A stretch of DNA of 29,083 bases from a virus (Duplodnaviria > Caudoviricetes): IMG/VR virus record IMGVR_UViG_3300043120_000065, positions 1 through 29,083 of that record; one strand, 5' to 3'. The notes beneath the pieces were generated by a model. That model had not been told where the DNA came from, made no database searches, and saw nothing but the letters and a program-made list of their open reading frames with translations. Shown one piece after another: positions 1 to 7,834 of the stretch (positions are counted from its first letter, which is position 1; every line of letters begins with the position of its first letter). The position numbers and the translations under genes were made by a program.

Positions 1-439
1 CATCGTACCCGGCCAGCGTGCCTTCCACCGGCTGGTTGGGTTGCTTGTCGTCCGCCAGCCGCAGGATGATGGCGGCGTACTGGCCGACCCGGGACATTTC
101 GTCCACTTCCCGCAGCTTCTGCCACAGGTCCACCCGGTCGGCGAACTCCCGGAACCGGCGCTCGTCCGCTGTTTCCTCGTGGGGTTCCGCCTGTTCCAGC
201 AGCCATGGGGATTCCTGCCAGCACTTCTCCACGATGCGGGACACACCCGCCCGGGCGATGCCGTTGCGCTTGTACTGGTTGTAAAAGTCCATGAACAGGG
301 GCGTTTCCGGATAGCCGTAGTCCTGCCACGGGGCGGCGCGCTTGGTGTCCCCTTGAGAAAAGAACCCCGGAAACATGCTGCCCAGTGCCCGCGCCCGGTT
401 CACTGCCATGGTGAGCTTTGATTTCACGTCCGTACCCAT
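1..439 (-). CDS. Portal protein, N-terminal part (DUF1073-like), truncated by window edge
   Basis: Not in the ORF track; manual translation from ATG 439 gives MGTDVKSKLTMAVNRARALGSMFPGFFSQGDTKRAAPWQDYGYPETPLFMDFYNQYKRNGIARAGVSRIVEKCWQ..., open to position 1. TAATG overlap with the terL stop. YGYP/RNGIA/KCWQ pattern typical of this portal family; position after terL. Confidence 0.8.
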   Translation of the reverse strand, partial: MGTDVKSKLTMAVNRARALGSMFPGFFSQGDTKRAAPWQDYGYPETPLFMDFYNQYKRNGIARAGVSRIVEKCWQESPWLLEQAEPHEETADERRFREFADRVDLWQKLREVDEMSRVGQYAAIILRLADDKQPNQPVEGTLAGYD

Positions 440-2037
440 TACCGTTGCCTCGCTTGCCGTTTGCGCTTACTGATCAGCATTGCCGTTTTGTTGCCAGTGT
501 TGGGGCGCACAAACACCAGATCCACCGCGTCGATCATCACGTCCGTCTGGTCGTCATGCTTGTGCGAGTCGTCCGGGCTGAAGGCACAGACCTCGCCAAT
601 GAACTCCCCGTTGTCCTTGTCGCCCCATGGTAACACCACTTTCTGTCCTTGTACGTGACGCTGTACGTCCATGGCCCGCGTGAGCTTGTCCTTTTCCCGG
701 GGAACCGGTGTGATGTCTATGGGCAGGTGGCCTTGCATCTCCTGAATCAGGCCCGTGCCGCTGCTCTTGTCCTCCACGTATACAGACCGCAGGTTGCCCG
801 CGTGCAGCCCGTTACGGGCATGCGCCCCTTTGACGAACCGCTCAAAGCGGGTGCGCAGGTCCTTGGCGTTGTACCGGGCACGCTCGTAGGACAGGCGGTA
901 GAGCCGGCCCTCGTAGAACCCCCACTCGGCAAACACCGTCCAGTCGTTCCACTCGTTGGTCTTCTGCGCCGTGTCGCAGGTTATGATGCGGTACTCAAAC
1001 CGGGGCGGGGTAGGCAGGTCCGGGCCGGTTTCCCCGGAGGCCACCACGTCGCCGTAGAACAGGAAGTCCTCTTCCGCAAAGATACCACCATCCAGTGACT
1101 CGGGGCTCTGCTGGTACTGGCTCTGGAAGGTGTACGGGTTGGCGTTGCGCAGGGCAATCAGGTCGTGGATGTTTTCCTTAGCTGGCCAGTAGGACCAATA
1201 GCCATCCACCTGCTCGCTGCCTTCCACGTCCCGGCGGCACCGCTCCTGGATCTCTTCCGGCAGGGTGCGGATGAATGCCTCGTCGATCAGGGCCGGGATG
1301 GTGATGTGTAAATCCACCTTGAGGCCCATACCACCGGACAGCAGGAACGCTGTGCTGTCATCCACATGCCCCCGCTGCTGGATGAAGAAGAACGGGGTTT
1401 TGAAGTCCCCCCGCCGGGAGCGCAGGACGTTGATCAACCGGGTGTGGGACTTGTGGCGTTTGGTTTGGGAGAACAGGTCGTCAATCTTGTCCCAGTCGTC
1501 CGCCATGATGTAGCCGGAGAACTTGCTGCCGGTCATGTAGCCACCGCGCACCCCGGTGATCTGACCCCCGCTCGGGCGGCTGAACATCTGGTGCACCCGC
1601 TTACCGTCCCGCTCCACCGTCCAATCGTCTACCTTGTCCTTACCGATGGTGGTTGGGTAGAAGGTCTGGAACTCCTCCATGCGCAGCAGGGCGCGGCTGC
1701 GCTCGCTGTTCTCGTTCACGAGGTCTTTGGAGTAGCTGGTATTCAAGATGCGCACCCGGGGGAACCGGGTCATGCAATAGACCGGCAGGTGGATGGACCA
1801 GAACTCCGTCTTTGTGCCGCCGGGCGGGATGTTGACCACCACGTTCTGCGCCTTGCCAGCGAACACCTGCTGCACGGCCCAATCGAACAGGAAGTGGTGC
1901 CAGTTGGTGCGGAAAGCGTCCCCTTGGCTCAGGTTGAACCACACCGCCGTGAAGGCCAGCGGGGATCGCTCCCCGGCCTTGGCCAGTGCTAACCGTTCCT
2001 CGGAGGACAGGGCCTCCCACTCCAGCGGGCGCAGCAT
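439..2037 (-). CDS. terL: Terminase large subunit
   Basis: 532 aa; NIPPGGTKTE Walker-A-like motif, ADDWD Walker B, C-terminal nuclease motifs CDTAQK, VEDKSSG, HDDQTD. Confidence 0.95.
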   Translation of the reverse strand: MLRPLEWEALSSEERLALAKAGERSPLAFTAVWFNLSQGDAFRTNWHHFLFDWAVQQVFAGKAQNVVVNIPPGGTKTEFWSIHLPVYCMTRFPRVRILNTSYSKDLVNENSERSRALLRMEEFQTFYPTTIGKDKVDDWTVERDGKRVHQMFSRPSGGQITGVRGGYMTGSKFSGYIMADDWDKIDDLFSQTKRHKSHTRLINVLRSRRGDFKTPFFFIQQRGHVDDSTAFLLSGGMGLKVDLHITIPALIDEAFIRTLPEEIQERCRRDVEGSEQVDGYWSYWPAKENIHDLIALRNANPYTFQSQYQQSPESLDGGIFAEEDFLFYGDVVASGETGPDLPTPPRFEYRIITCDTAQKTNEWNDWTVFAEWGFYEGRLYRLSYERARYNAKDLRTRFERFVKGAHARNGLHAGNLRSVYVEDKSSGTGLIQEMQGHLPIDITPVPREKDKLTRAMDVQRHVQGQKVVLPWGDKDNGEFIGEVCAFSPDDSHKHDDQTDVMIDAVDLVFVRPNTGNKTAMLISKRKRQARQR

Positions 2038-2546
2038 TAGTCGAGTATCTTGTTGACCAGTTTATCCACCACCTTCTCGTCCACCTTGCCGGGGCTCATA
2101 CTGCCGTCCGGGCTGGTGTGGGTGGAGTCCACTTTCTCGTGATACCCGTGCTTACCGAGTACCAGTTTTGTGATGGCAGGATTGAGCTTGCCGGCGGTGC
2201 CGCCGTTGACCAGAATCCGGTGCTGTAGCTCGACGATCTCAGATAATATGTACGAAAATTGGGGGTCCAAGTCCCGCCACTCGTACAACCGGGGCGACGG
2301 CACATGCAGCTCGCACGCCAAACCAACCACCGACGGAAACACGTCACCAACCAGCCGCCAGCCGCCGTCCAAGTACCATTGGGCTTCGTCCTTAACCGCC
2401 TGCGTCAGTGTGCTGGGCCGGCCCATCTTCTTTCGCGGCACCCGCTCCTCCTTGGGAACGTAGTTGGGGTCTTCCGGTAACGTGCACTTGCGCGCCTCCC
2501 GCTTCTTCTGTGCTGCCGTTTTCGCTGGTTTCTTACGTTCTGCCAT
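2037..2546 (-). CDS. terS: Terminase small subunit
   Basis: 169 aa directly upstream of terL with TAATG overlap; GRPS motif, PSVVGLA..L, LYEW, ITKLVLGKHGY; GGAGG RBS upstream. Confidence 0.85.
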   Translation of the reverse strand: MAERKKPAKTAAQKKREARKCTLPEDPNYVPKEERVPRKKMGRPSTLTQAVKDEAQWYLDGGWRLVGDVFPSVVGLACELHVPSPRLYEWRDLDPQFSYILSEIVELQHRILVNGGTAGKLNPAITKLVLGKHGYHEKVDSTHTSPDGSMSPGKVDEKVVDKLVNKILD

Positions 2547-2610
2547 GGGTCACCTCCTATTGCGGCCAGTGTACCGCCAACAGGGGTCCAAGGGGTAGCC
2601 CCCAAAGCCC

Positions 2611-2940
2611 GCCCCTTACACGTGGGCGCGGGGAGGTAAAACAAAATTACAAACCAACATGCCTCGGACGCGTGGGAAAGGGTATTGTAAACCCCTGTAA
2701 TTACTGCACTTTTTCCAACGTATTAGCTGCTGCGAATACCTAATAGGGGTACGAATACCTGTAACCCACTGAAAATAAACAATATTATTCGCATATTCGC
2801 AATATTGGCAGACCTTAGCTTTTTAAAAATTATTTTTCCTTTACCCCCGCGCACGTGTAAGGGAATAGGCCTGCGTAACTGGTTGGTTTTAAACGCAAAA
2901 AGGGGTATTAGCTAGCGAATACACTGCTAATACCCCTAAT
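2611..2940. repeat. Copy A of a duplicated AT-rich non-coding element (iteron-like array with inverted repeats)
   Basis: Shares gcctcggacgcgtgggaaagggtattgtaa (2661-2690 = 27179-27208), tgtaacccactg (2760-2771 = 27267-27278) and acccccgcgcacgtgtaagg (2843-2862 = 27349-27368) with copy B, in the same order and orientation. Confidence 0.9.
2897..2937 (-). terminator. Probable intrinsic terminator / hairpin
   Basis: Perfect 12-bp inverted repeat aggggtattagc (2901-2912) / gctaatacccct (2926-2937), followed on the minus strand by a T-run; lies just downstream of the ORF ending at 2993. Confidence 0.55.
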
Positions 2941-2992
2941 ATTAAGTGGTTGTTTCTGCGGAACTTTTTGGCGAGGTCTTTAATTTACACCC

Positions 2993-3391
2993 CTAACCCG
3001 GCCCACCACAACCCCCGAGCAACATCTTCGCCGCTTCCGCCCCGTTACGGGCACGCCGCGCCGGGCTGGTGGGCACCGTCAGCACATAACCCACGGGCAG
3101 CATTCGCCGGTCCACCGCCAGCTCCTGCCACAAGTGCTCCACAGCCGCCGGCACCACCCCCTGCTTCCAGCAGGCCAGCATGCCCCGCATCCGCTCCCCC
3201 TGCTCCTGGAGAAACAGAACGAAGCACGACAGGTCGTCGTCGTCCATACTGCACACCAAAGCATCCAGCCCCTCGCAGTCCGTGCCCTTGAGGGCCGCCA
3301 CCTGCGCCGGGCACAGGTGCGGCGCATTACGGGCCACCACCGCCATGGTAAACCGGCTCACCGGCACGTCTTTCTGCTCACTTACCTTCAT
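2993..3391 (-). CDS. Hypothetical protein
   Basis: Likely start MKVSEQ at 3391 with GGAGG upstream; fits the gene tiling. Confidence 0.5.
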   Translation of the reverse strand: MKVSEQKDVPVSRFTMAVVARNAPHLCPAQVAALKGTDCEGLDALVCSMDDDDLSCFVLFLQEQGERMRGMLACWKQGVVPAAVEHLWQELAVDRRMLPVGYVLTVPTSPARRARNGAEAAKMLLGGCGGPG

Positions 3392-3695
3392 CGTTCGCCT
3401 CCATTGCCGCACCACGCGGCCCCTTGTTAGCCGCACGCCCCTTTTCGCCCCCAACCGGGGCAAGGGTAGGGCCCCGGTCTTGAACCACCTTGTAGCCCAC
3501 CACAGCGAGCCACAGGAGGGGGTCGTGATTTTTCCACCAGTTCTGCAAGGTACCCCGGTCACGCCCAATAAAGTCCGCGAACCCCTGCACAGACAGTCCC
3601 GTGCCCTCTCGCACCAGCGCCGCCAGCGACGCAGGTTGATCGCACCCGCTTCCAGTGGAAGCTCCGCAGAGTTGGCGCTGTATTACTTGGTTCAT
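3378..3695 (-). CDS. Putative helix-turn-helix DNA-binding protein
   Basis: Start MNQVIQ at 3695 after AAGGAG; segment GLSVQGFADFIGRDRGTLQNWW resembles an XRE/Cro-type HTH. Confidence 0.55.
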   Translation of the reverse strand: MNQVIQRQLCGASTGSGCDQPASLAALVREGTGLSVQGFADFIGRDRGTLQNWWKNHDPLLWLAVVGYKVVQDRGPTLAPVGGEKGRAANKGPRGAAMEANDEGK

Positions 3696-3706
3696 GGTCG
3701 TTCTCC

Positions 3707-3994
3707 TTACACTCCCCAGTAGTTGAACCACTGGGGATCTGAGTTTCTTCGCAGATCTCGTATTTGGCGTTCCAGCTTAGAAATCCTTTTTCGCAATTCC
3801 CATGCCTTAGAGTGCTCGTCCCCTTTCAAGTGTCGAAAGCCATACCCATGACTGGGGGTTCTCAGGACCTCCAGCTCAGCCTCTAGGTCATCGGCCTCCC
3901 TGTCTAGTTTAAGTGCTTCTGGGCAAAGCGGTTTGGCTTGCGGTGCTAGGAGGGCTTTGGACATTACCCCCGATTTGATGTAAGCAGGCATCAT
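3707..3994 (-). CDS. Hypothetical coiled-coil protein (lower GC)
   Basis: 95 aa, AAGGAG RBS, heptad-like charged segments. Confidence 0.6.
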   Translation of the reverse strand: MMPAYIKSGVMSKALLAPQAKPLCPEALKLDREADDLEAELEVLRTPSHGYGFRHLKGDEHSKAWELRKRISKLERQIRDLRRNSDPQWFNYWGV

Positions 3995-4001
3995 GCTCTC
4001 C

Positions 4002-4124
4002 TTATGCTGCCATCTGGGTCATGTAGTGGACCGGGCGTGTCTTGGGCGGGATGTGTGTTCCGGACCGCTGCAACTGGTGCTGGATCACGGCCATGGCCAC
4101 CTCCCAATCGGTTGTAGAGCTCAT
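4002..4124 (-). CDS. Small hypothetical protein
   Basis: MSSTTDWEV... 40 aa; ATGA overlap with the upstream gene and GGAGG RBS. Confidence 0.45.
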   Translation of the reverse strand: MSSTTDWEVAMAVIQHQLQRSGTHIPPKTRPVHYMTQMAA

Positions 4125-4579
4125 TGCGCCACCTCCCCATCTATGTAAAACCAGTGTTTGACTTTCTTGCGCTTCCAGTGGAACTGGCTTACGTGTACCG
4201 GCGCGTGGTCGTGCTGGTCTATCACGTAGCCATCGTAGACCACCTGAGCGTGGCCGGTGGTGACCACAAAATACCGCCGCCCCGGCGCAGCCACCTGTTC
4301 CACCCACTGGGCCAGCGTCAGTTGCTGCTCCCGGCGGTCGTATTGCTGATACACAACGGGCAGGCCGATGCGGGCGAAGAACGCCAGATAGTCCTTGCGG
4401 AACGTGACCCCTTTCCAGTTGCCCGGGCGCAGCTTGCGCACAAACCGCTCCACCCGGTCGTAGTTCTCGTCGGTGAAGTGCGCCAGTGCCACCAGCCCAC
4501 AGTTGGGCCGGCCCCGTGGGACCGGTTGCGGGTTGAGCGGTGCCCGGCCGAGCGCTGTGGTGTGGTCGATGTCTTTCAT
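4121..4579 (-). CDS. Hypothetical protein, possible papain-like (C39-like) Cys-His fold
   Basis: 152 aa; PNCGLVAL near the N-terminus and GHAQVVYDGYVID near the C-terminus; ATGA overlaps on both sides. Confidence 0.6.
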   Translation of the reverse strand: MKDIDHTTALGRAPLNPQPVPRGRPNCGLVALAHFTDENYDRVERFVRKLRPGNWKGVTFRKDYLAFFARIGLPVVYQQYDRREQQLTLAQWVEQVAAPGRRYFVVTTGHAQVVYDGYVIDQHDHAPVHVSQFHWKRKKVKHWFYIDGEVAQ

Positions 4580-4788
4580 TCCATGCCCTCCAGCTTCTCG
4601 ATCGCCGCGCCCATGACAGGGTCACTGCGCTCCGCCCCGTGGCGCGTAAGGAACGCCACGGCGGCGCGGGGGTCGTTGCCACTAACCATCAGGGCACCGG
4701 CCACCATACCGTCCACCGTGGCCACGACACCGTCGTTGCGGGTGCTCAGTACGAAAGCGGAATCGCTTCTGCGGGGTGCTTTTTTCAT
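4576..4788 (-). CDS. Hypothetical protein
   Basis: 70 aa, strong AGAAGGAG RBS, first gene after the promoter at 4824-4852. Confidence 0.65.
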   Translation of the reverse strand: MKKAPRRSDSAFVLSTRNDGVVATVDGMVAGALMVSGNDPRAAVAFLTRHGAERSDPVMGAAIEKLEGME

Positions 4789-4823
4789 GGGTAACTCCTT
4801 CTGTCGTTCTACGTTATGGCCCC

Positions 4824-4852
4824 ACTATAGGGGAATAATTACCCACGGTCAA
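4824..4852 (-). promoter_or_regulatory. Sigma70-like promoter with semi-palindromic spacer
   Basis: Minus strand TTGACC-17 bp (gtgggtaattattcccc)-TATAGT. Confidence 0.8.
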
Positions 4853-4861
4853 GCCTGTCGG

Positions 4862-5098
4862 CTACACTCCAACCCAATCCGCCAGCGGGCGCTCGGTCAT
4901 GCTGGCAATCTCGTTTGCAGCAGTGCCCCCGTCGTCGTTGCTACTGGTGTCGCTGCTGGTGCTGGCCAGCGTGTTGGCGTTCTCCACCATCATAACCAAG
5001 TGCTTGACAGCCCCCGGCGGCAGGGTGCCCCCGATGGCCACGTGGTCGGACAGCTCCTCGGCTGTCATGTTGCGCAGTGTTTGTACTGGTGTGCTCAT
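4862..5098 (-). CDS. Hypothetical protein
   Basis: MSTPVQTL..., 78 aa; GAGG RBS, ATGA overlap. Confidence 0.55.
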   Translation of the reverse strand: MSTPVQTLRNMTAEELSDHVAIGGTLPPGAVKHLVMMVENANTLASTSSDTSSNDDGGTAANEIASMTERPLADWVGV

Positions 5099-5310
5099 GT
5101 TGGTTGCCTCTTGGTTTTGGAAATAACCAGCTTCTCCTGCCCCACGGGTTGCACCTGCAGGGTCAGGTCGCCGGCAGGGGTGCCGAACGTCAGGGTAACT
5201 ACCTTCCCCGGTTCGGCGTGCTCTACAATCACGTGCGCGCACTGCCACTCAACCGCCGTTGTGAGGCCCTTGAGTACCACCTTGCGCCGCTGCTTTGCCG
5301 GTACTGCCAT
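5095..5310 (-). CDS. Hypothetical protein
   Basis: MAVPAKQRR..., 71 aa; AAGGAG RBS. Confidence 0.55.
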   Translation of the reverse strand: MAVPAKQRRKVVLKGLTTAVEWQCAHVIVEHAEPGKVVTLTFGTPAGDLTLQVQPVGQEKLVISKTKRQPT

Positions 5311-5312
5311 GG

Positions 5313-6044
5313 TTACTCCTTGATGCCCAGCCGCTCGGACAGCCGGCTGGTGGCCAGCACGGGCAGTGTAACGGCACGGTCCGGGTCCGCGATGTGCGGG
5401 GGCAAATACGGCACCATATCCGGCCAGCCTTCGCGAAGCTGCTTGGTGCTGGAGAACTGGTCCAGGAGGTCGGCGGTTTCCCGGCGCAACCGTGTGTACT
5501 CCGCCTTCCACTCCTTCCGTGCTTCCCGTGCGGCCTTGTGCGCAACCATGGGCGGCGCGTCATCTTGAATGACCACCATGGGGTAGTTCCGTTCCACGAA
5601 CTGCGCGGTGTTAACCCGCACCCGGTCGTCGTCCAGTACCGCGTCGATGTCCTTCGCCGCGAACGTACCTTCCGCGTAACCTTCGTACAACGAGCTGACC
5701 GTACTGGGGGCGCGGGCCAAACCGAGTCGGTCCGCCACGGAGGCCGGGAACCGGACCTGCATGGTGCGAAGGTCCGTGCCTTGAGCGTTGCGAATCTGCA
5801 CGTTAACACAGCTTTCCAGGCCCACGTGATTCCAGTCGTCCGGGGTAAAGTGCTCAACGCACCGCCGGGTGCGGCTCTGCACCGGGTGCTTCTTCAACTG
5901 TTCCGCCACGATTTCAAGTAGGGCGTTGTAGTCTGCCCCGGCTGGCGGCGGGTTCTGCTTTTCCCACTCCGCCATTACGGCGTTGACCATGTCGTCCCGG
6001 TGGGTTTTGTTCAGCCGAATGCTGCGGGGTGTTTTGTTAGTCAT
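5313..6044 (-). CDS. Nmad5-like (nucleotide-modification-associated domain 5) protein
   Basis: N-terminal IRLNKTHRDDMV and C-terminal LLDQFSSTKQLREGWPDMVPYLP match my recollection of the Nmad5 family pattern. Confidence 0.7.
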   Translation of the reverse strand: MTNKTPRSIRLNKTHRDDMVNAVMAEWEKQNPPPAGADYNALLEIVAEQLKKHPVQSRTRRCVEHFTPDDWNHVGLESCVNVQIRNAQGTDLRTMQVRFPASVADRLGLARAPSTVSSLYEGYAEGTFAAKDIDAVLDDDRVRVNTAQFVERNYPMVVIQDDAPPMVAHKAAREARKEWKAEYTRLRRETADLLDQFSSTKQLREGWPDMVPYLPPHIADPDRAVTLPVLATSRLSERLGIKE

Positions 6045-6086
6045 AGCTCTCTATCCTTCTTTGGTTTAGTTAAGTAAAACAACGAC

Positions 6087-6374
6087 TTAGAACGGAATAT
6101 CGTCATCAAAGTCGTCCACCGGCTCCGGGGGTTGGTGACCACTGGGGCCGCTGTTCTCCGTGGTCGGCGGGGCCGGCTGGTCGTCCTTGCGCTGCAGGGC
6201 CACGGAAATCATCTTCTCCCCCTGCCGGGGGCCGCCCTGAATGGTCTTGGTCCACGCGGACACCCAGTATTCCACGCCCTCCACATTCACACTGCCGCGC
6301 AGGTTGGGCTGCCGGTCATGGGTTTGCCGGTCGTTTTTAAACAGTGCCCCCTTGTTGGTGTTGTCGTAACTCAT
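6087..6374 (-). CDS. Small SSB-like protein with acidic DDIPF tail
   Basis: MSYDNTNKGALFKND...GSVNVEGVEYWVSAW...DDFDDDIPF; the tail mimics the bacterial SSB C-terminal partner-binding motif. Confidence 0.7.
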   Translation of the reverse strand: MSYDNTNKGALFKNDRQTHDRQPNLRGSVNVEGVEYWVSAWTKTIQGGPRQGEKMISVALQRKDDQPAPPTTENSGPSGHQPPEPVDDFDDDIPF

Positions 6375-6382
6375 GCGTCCTC

Positions 6383-6931
6383 CTACAGGTTAAATTCGGC
6401 ACTGACGGTCAAGGCCACGGCCTCACCCACCAGCACCAGTTCCGGTTCCAGAAAATAGCGGGTGTACCGCACCCCCGCCCCCACCATGGGGCACCAAGCC
6501 CCGGAGGTGTCCACGTCGTTGCGCCCCTCCTGGATGCTGGTGATGCGCTTGGTTGGCGCTGTTTTGTTGAGGGCTGCCCCGGGCTCAAGGCAATCTACAT
6601 ACCCATACACGACCCCGCTTTTGATAAAGCCCTCCCAGTGCCCCCGGCTGCGGCTGGCTTCATAGGCAAGGTACCAAGACTCCTTGCGGTAGGAGTTGAT
6701 AAACCGCCCGGCCTCAACCTGTACCACTTGCACCGCCAGCAGTTCGTGGGACTCGTTGAGATCCTCGCTGTTGAACGGGTGCTGGCTAAAGCCCCCGGCG
6801 GTCACACGCAGGCTGGCGCCCCACGCTTCCGACCCAAATAGGGCCATCAGGAAGGTCGCCAGCAGGGCGGTCACAATCAGGTCGCCCGCCAGTTTGAACG
6901 CCAGTGCCAGCCGCCACCTATTGATGCGCAT
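6383..6931 (-). CDS. Exported protein, probable small outer-membrane beta-barrel (PagP-like)
   Basis: Hydrophobic signal ending about AWG/A; pattern GGFSQH..NESH..GRFINSY..SWYLAY..GVVYGY; alternating C-terminal strand ending SAEFNL. Confidence 0.55.
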   Translation of the reverse strand: MRINRWRLALAFKLAGDLIVTALLATFLMALFGSEAWGASLRVTAGGFSQHPFNSEDLNESHELLAVQVVQVEAGRFINSYRKESWYLAYEASRSRGHWEGFIKSGVVYGYVDCLEPGAALNKTAPTKRITSIQEGRNDVDTSGAWCPMVGAGVRYTRYFLEPELVLVGEAVALTVSAEFNL

Positions 6932-7181
6932 TACGTAGCCTCCGCTTTACCACGGCCAGCCGCTTGCGGATGCGCTGCTCCTTTAGCCAGGACACCCGCC
7001 CGGTGCGCTCAAAGTCCGCCGCAGCCTCCTTCAGCAGGGCGGACAGCTTTGGGTCCAGCGTCGCCCCGTCCAGTAATTCCTCGTCCAACTCCGGCCCCGG
7101 GTTGCTGTATAGATGGGCGTAGGCCCGGTCCTTGGCCGCCTTGCGGGCGGCTTGTTCTGTGGGTGTTGGTTTAGTATCCAT
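6918..7181 (-). CDS. Hypothetical protein
   Basis: 87 aa; tiles between neighbours. Confidence 0.55.
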   Translation of the reverse strand: MDTKPTPTEQAARKAAKDRAYAHLYSNPGPELDEELLDGATLDPKLSALLKEAAADFERTGRVSWLKEQRIRKRLAVVKRRLRNAHQ

Positions 7182-7623
7182 GTTTCATTCCCCAGTCCAG
7201 CCGTGCGAAATCCGGGGCCTTGCCAGTAAAGGGGATTACCACCGTAATCGTTTCCTTCGTTGGGCAGGCGAACTCCATTTCCACTTCCCCCGAGTTTGGC
7301 CCGATAAACATCAAGTCGAACCGTTTGCCGTGGTAGCCGTAAGGAACCTCCGCGCCGTGCTCTTTTGCCCACTGGACCGCCGCTTCCATCCGATCCGCCA
7401 TCCGACCCGCCCGGCGTTGGGCTGCGTCCACCAGTCTACGATCATCCACTTCATCCTCGAACTCGTCCTTTGTACAAACAAACGCGTGGTCCAGCGGCTC
7501 TCGGCGGTCAAACAGAGCGCGCCCGAGGGAAATGTAGTGGCCTTGCGCACTATCGGGCCACTTCCCGTTAAGGGCCTCTATTGCGTCGTCTATCCGCTCG
7601 TCTGGTGTTAGACTCCGGTTCAT
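7171..7623 (-). CDS. Hypothetical protein
   Basis: Likely start MNRSLTPDER at 7623 after AGAAGGGGG. Confidence 0.6.
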   Translation of the reverse strand: MNRSLTPDERIDDAIEALNGKWPDSAQGHYISLGRALFDRREPLDHAFVCTKDEFEDEVDDRRLVDAAQRRAGRMADRMEAAVQWAKEHGAEVPYGYHGKRFDLMFIGPNSGEVEMEFACPTKETITVVIPFTGKAPDFARLDWGMKHGY

Positions 7624-7627
7624 ACTA

Positions 7628-7780
7628 TTACCCCCTTCTCTCAATCGTCCAGCAAATCGCCCCGCCGACCCCGAACACAGCCGCCACAACGGGCACGGCA
7701 TCCGGGTAGGCGGAAACGCCCATCTTCTGCAGCACCACCGTCACAACAGCGGCTGAAAGACACACTATGGACATCCTCAT
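7628..7780 (-). CDS. Small membrane protein
   Basis: MRMSIVCLS..., 50 aa, two hydrophobic segments; GGAGG RBS. Confidence 0.55.
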   Translation of the reverse strand: MRMSIVCLSAAVVTVVLQKMGVSAYPDAVPVVAAVFGVGGAICWTIERRG

Positions 7781-7834
7781 TTCCGGTCCTCCAGTTCGTT
7801 GGCTTGGGTGCAGCCACGCCACCGGCTCCGCACC

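Noticed and set aside
2611-2940. Possible CRISPR array or tRNA in the AT-rich repeats
   Set aside because: No regularly spaced identical repeats with unique spacers, no cloverleaf or TTCGA arm, and no cas genes.
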